Origin: Candidatus Cloacimonadales bacterium
GTDB taxonomy: Bacteria > Cloacimonadota > Cloacimonadia > Cloacimonadales > JAIOQZ01
Direction: 5' to 3'
NCBI GenBank assembly: GCA_963674825.1
Contig: OY771587.1
Location: 3,552,001-3,616,000, forward strand
Length of the DNA stretch: 64,000 nucleotides
In this document: one piece after another, positions 61,072 to 64,000 of the stretch
How positions within the stretch are numbered: the stretch's first letter is position 1
How the letters are laid out: each line of letters starts with the position of its first letter
Position numbers and translations under genes: made by a program
Notes under the pieces: model-generated
What the model saw: only the letters and a program-made list of their open reading frames with translations
Told to the model about the DNA's origin: nothing
Database searches by the model: none

Positions 61072-64000
61072 ATGCCTAAGGTCAGATCACAGAGGGGTTA
61101 TGTTGAAGAGCTGAAACGTATTAATCTTGTTCGAGCTAAGACTTGTGATGTTAAAGACTCTTTCGTTCTATCTGGCGCTTCATTATTAACGGATATTATT
61201 CATCAGTCTTTCGACGCTTCTTTTTTTTGGTTTGATTTTAGTTTGGTTACTTCTGGTATGGAAGATGATATTCTTTCAGATTACCATGTTATCAGTACCG
61301 AATCCAACGATCCGATGATTCAAGGGATTTATAAGAGGGCTCAAGAGATTCAATTTGCTCGCAGTTTAATGACATGTTATAATGGGATGAGAGATTCAGG
61401 TCAGGCAATATATTATAATACGAGTTTTTTCGCCAATTCGTCGGACTATGTGTTTTATATTAGTGATAGCAGTTCCACTGAATACAAGGAAATGGCGAAT
61501 TCCAGCGTGGTGAAATTAGTTGAAAACGATAGTAAATTAAATGCATCGGATAACGCTTTTATCGATATTAATAACAATACGCTTTTTGCAGACTTCAGGC
61601 TCAATGTTGATCGGCGATTTTTTGAGAATTATATGCCAGATCAAGCCAGTAAGGAAAACAATGATAGCAAGGTAAATGCTAATATCGATGAGTTGGGGCA
61701 CTTGTTTCACTACATTATTAAATCACGCGTATTTAAAGTCGCAGATCTAAAAACCTACCTTTTAAGTATTCCCATACTTGGGGCGAATGCTCAGAAAGAA
61801 CATGAAGAAACACTGAGGGGTACAGGGGCTCTCTTTGTAATGTTTTCACCTGCCGAAGGAAAGACGGTGGGTAGAGAAGAATTAACCAGGGTCGCCGATG
61901 AGCTAAGTTACGCTGTGAAGGACATATCTCTAAACTACCTTTTCTATTCTGGAATGATGCTGAAGTTAAGGTTGCTTAAGCAGTTGATAAAAGGTGCAGT
62001 ACAGACCATCCTCATCGATTCCTACGCGCACAACATCAGTGCGCACAGCCTTGCGGCGTTGTCGTGGTGGTTCGAGAAGCGACGCAAGATGCTGGACAGA
62101 CGTTTCAACGGTTTCCTGGAAGACGGAGAAGTGGTGGAGAAAGGGAAACTAACGGGTTTGCAGCCCGAATCAATCGAGAAACTTCAGGACAATCAGGATA
62201 TCTTCGACTACTATGCGATTCAGGGACTTGAAGATGGCACGTACAACGGCAACTTCTATTCTCTTCATGACTACATGCAATTTATGCCGGATGAAGCGTT
62301 TAAAGAATTCCTGGCATTCAATAGGCTTGTTCACTATAAAAGCAGGAAATATAAACTGCGATTCCCCGCTCCACTTGATTATGCCCTTGCACCGCTATTC
62401 CGGTTCTTGCGTGACAAGGGTGCGTTTTGGAGTGGGGTGACTCGGGATCATGCGTATGGAGGGGAATCGAAGACTCTGTATCAGATTCTTTGGAACGATT
62501 TCGCCAACAATCCTCTTTATCTTGGTACTATCGCGCGGACAGAGGGTGTGGACAAGGTTAATATCGATCTGCATGTTATGCATGAAGACAAATGGAAGCG
62601 GGGCAGATTCCTTACCATCGATTTGTCGCTGATCGATTACGAAGACCATCTTATGGATGGAAATGGAAGCCATACCGAAGGTAAAGGGGAACTGGAGAAT
62701 CACAATCGCAAAGAATGCAAGTGTAACTGCTTTGAACACAAAGCGGACTCTGCTGGAAACAATGACGATGACAAGGTGGATCTGAAGGAACTCAAATGTG
62801 AAGATGAAAGATTCGAAAACTGTGAGGAAAAAGGTAAGTCGAGAAAGCACTGGCTTAAGCCTGAGAAATACTCGAAGTATGCACTTGTAAGGTTTGGGCC
62901 TTGTTTTGAATGCTTCAGGAAAATTCTTGATACCGATGAATACCGGGTTTATTTGCCGGGTGGTATCGTTGGTGAACATGCCATCTTCACCATTCTCGAG
63001 AACACGCTTCGCAATATCAAACATTACAAAGATAAAGAGACTGTTGAAGATGTTCAGAAAAATGGGCTCAGTTTCCATATCTCAATCGAGCCGGAGAACC
63101 TTGAAGTCGATAAGGGGAATGAAGGAAAGTCAACAAACCGGAAGCAAGAGCTATTCAAGATTGGTACCTGGCTCGGGCATGAGATTAGAAACAACAAGGA
63201 AAATCAAGAGACTATTGATGAGTTAGTTAATCGAGTAACTGCCCTTTCGAAAGAATCGATCATTGATAGAGAGTCGAGTCCAAGAATGGGCGGGAATTCT
63301 CAGGATAAAATATGTGCTGCAATGCTGTTGAACAATAACTTCAGTCACGTTGAATCCCAAAATGAGTCTGAACGGGATAAAAAGTATTATCCTTGGATTC
63401 ATTATACCAATGGTTTAATGGGCGCCGAAGGGAATTATTTGCAGAAGTACTTCTATGTCTGGCGCAGTGAGGTATTTTACTTCCTGGATGACATCAAGAA
63501 GATCGAGAAAGAAAATATATCCAGGTTCAAGTTCCTGGGCATTCCTGATTCACCGGATTCGGATGCGCTTTTCAAGGCCGCGCGTGAAAATGGTGTCGTG
63601 AGGATATTGAAAGGTGATAGGTCTGTCCTTGCAAAAGGTGAGCATGAGTCGTATGATGAGCACATATCAAGGCTGTATTCGCTTTGGTTTAAAGAGTGGT
63701 TTGGTATGGGGAATTGGGCCATCAGTTACTTTAAGGATGATGATAAATGTGCGTTAGACTATTTAGACGGTAATGTTTCTTGGGTCAGCTACGGTGAAAT
63801 AGATAATGTGCGAGATCGTTTACGAACCAAAATTCGCTTTTCACATGGCGGTTCCGATGAAGACACGAGCTGCAATGTGAGAAGTCACGGTGTTTTTTGG
63901 AGTCATTATTTCTCAGAAGTAGCCAAGAAGGATCCGGTGGAGCTGGAAAAGATAGGGGCTGATTATACGGCAGCGGGAAAAGCTATAAGCATGTACGATA
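61072..64000 (+). CDS. Very large divergent histidine-kinase-like protein, 3' end beyond window (not in ORF track)
   Basis: RBS AAAGGAG, ATG 61072; manual translation gives 976 codons with no stop; H-box-like DSYAHNISAHSL, N-box-like HAIFTILENTLRNIKH, G-box-like PRMGGNSQDKICAAML. Confidence 0.8.
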   Translation, partial: MPKVRSQRGYVEELKRINLVRAKTCDVKDSFVLSGASLLTDIIHQSFDASFFWFDFSLVTSGMEDDILSDYHVISTESNDPMIQGIYKRAQEIQFARSLMTCYNGMRDSGQAIYYNTSFFANSSDYVFYISDSSSTEYKEMANSSVVKLVENDSKLNASDNAFIDINNNTLFADFRLNVDRRFFENYMPDQASKENNDSKVNANIDELGHLFHYIIKSRVFKVADLKTYLLSIPILGANAQKEHEETLRGTGALFVMFSPAEGKTVGREELTRVADELSYAVKDISLNYLFYSGMMLKLRLLKQLIKGAVQTILIDSYAHNISAHSLAALSWWFEKRRKMLDRRFNGFLEDGEVVEKGKLTGLQPESIEKLQDNQDIFDYYAIQGLEDGTYNGNFYSLHDYMQFMPDEAFKEFLAFNRLVHYKSRKYKLRFPAPLDYALAPLFRFLRDKGAFWSGVTRDHAYGGESKTLYQILWNDFANNPLYLGTIARTEGVDKVNIDLHVMHEDKWKRGRFLTIDLSLIDYEDHLMDGNGSHTEGKGELENHNRKECKCNCFEHKADSAGNNDDDKVDLKELKCEDERFENCEEKGKSRKHWLKPEKYSKYALVRFGPCFECFRKILDTDEYRVYLPGGIVGEHAIFTILENTLRNIKHYKDKETVEDVQKNGLSFHISIEPENLEVDKGNEGKSTNRKQELFKIGTWLGHEIRNNKENQETIDELVNRVTALSKESIIDRESSPRMGGNSQDKICAAMLLNNNFSHVESQNESERDKKYYPWIHYTNGLMGAEGNYLQKYFYVWRSEVFYFLDDIKKIEKENISRFKFLGIPDSPDSDALFKAARENGVVRILKGDRSVLAKGEHESYDEHISRLYSLWFKEWFGMGNWAISYFKDDDKCALDYLDGNVSWVSYGEIDNVRDRLRTKIRFSHGGSDEDTSCNVRSHGVFWSHYFSEVAKKDPVELEKIGADYTAAGKAISMYD

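Larger units (their letters stand above)
46769..64000. mobile_element. Probable genomic island(s) at tRNA-Arg, degraded; right end not established
   Basis: Starts at tRNA 3' end; AT-richer by eye; repeats with IHF-like sites, gene fragments, defence genes; no integrase or attR copy seen. Confidence 0.6.

Noticed and set aside
62213..63722. Short track ORFs on both strands
   Set aside because: All lie within the long open frame starting at 61072
46741..64000. attR duplicate of the tRNA 3' end and an integrase gene
   Set aside because: Neither was seen by eye in the window, so island limits remain unproven

Overview
Bacterial chromosomal window, most likely FCB superphylum and probably Candidatus Cloacimonadota. 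This is an inference from five secreted proteins ending in a FlgD-like 'YPNPFNPE...RKxxLLK' C-terminal domain. Bases 1-46.7 kb are mostly housekeeping and envelope genes: adk, ligA, DAHP synthase, ornithine carbamoyltransferase, ABC-F, an MCP, a Na/Pi symporter, phnCDE-like ABC genes and a serpin. Odd fusions occur among them: an arabinokinase-type GT domain joined to Ppx/GppA, an MBL hydrolase with two cNMP domains, and a receiver domain joined to a catalytically dead McrB-like AAA+. There is also a four-copy, 1.69-kb-period mosaic array of secreted FG-GAP repeat genes (38.1-44.8 kb). A tRNA-Arg(CCT) at 46692-46768 is followed by a visibly AT-richer accessory region. It opens with a 94-bp-period repeat/IHF-like array and a headless LRR gene fragment. 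Next comes a decaying defence locus: SNF2 helicase, DUF6119-like nuclease, truncated type III Mod and a Dsr1-like sirtuin pseudogene. It ends with a tightly coupled operon (55.3 kb to window end): stand-alone receiver, LivHMGFK-type ABC importer, HemK-like methyltransferase and a >976-aa divergent histidine-kinase-like ORF that is absent from the supplied ORF track. That operon is the best candidate for an undescribed system. All family assignments come from motif recognition by eye; no searches were run.
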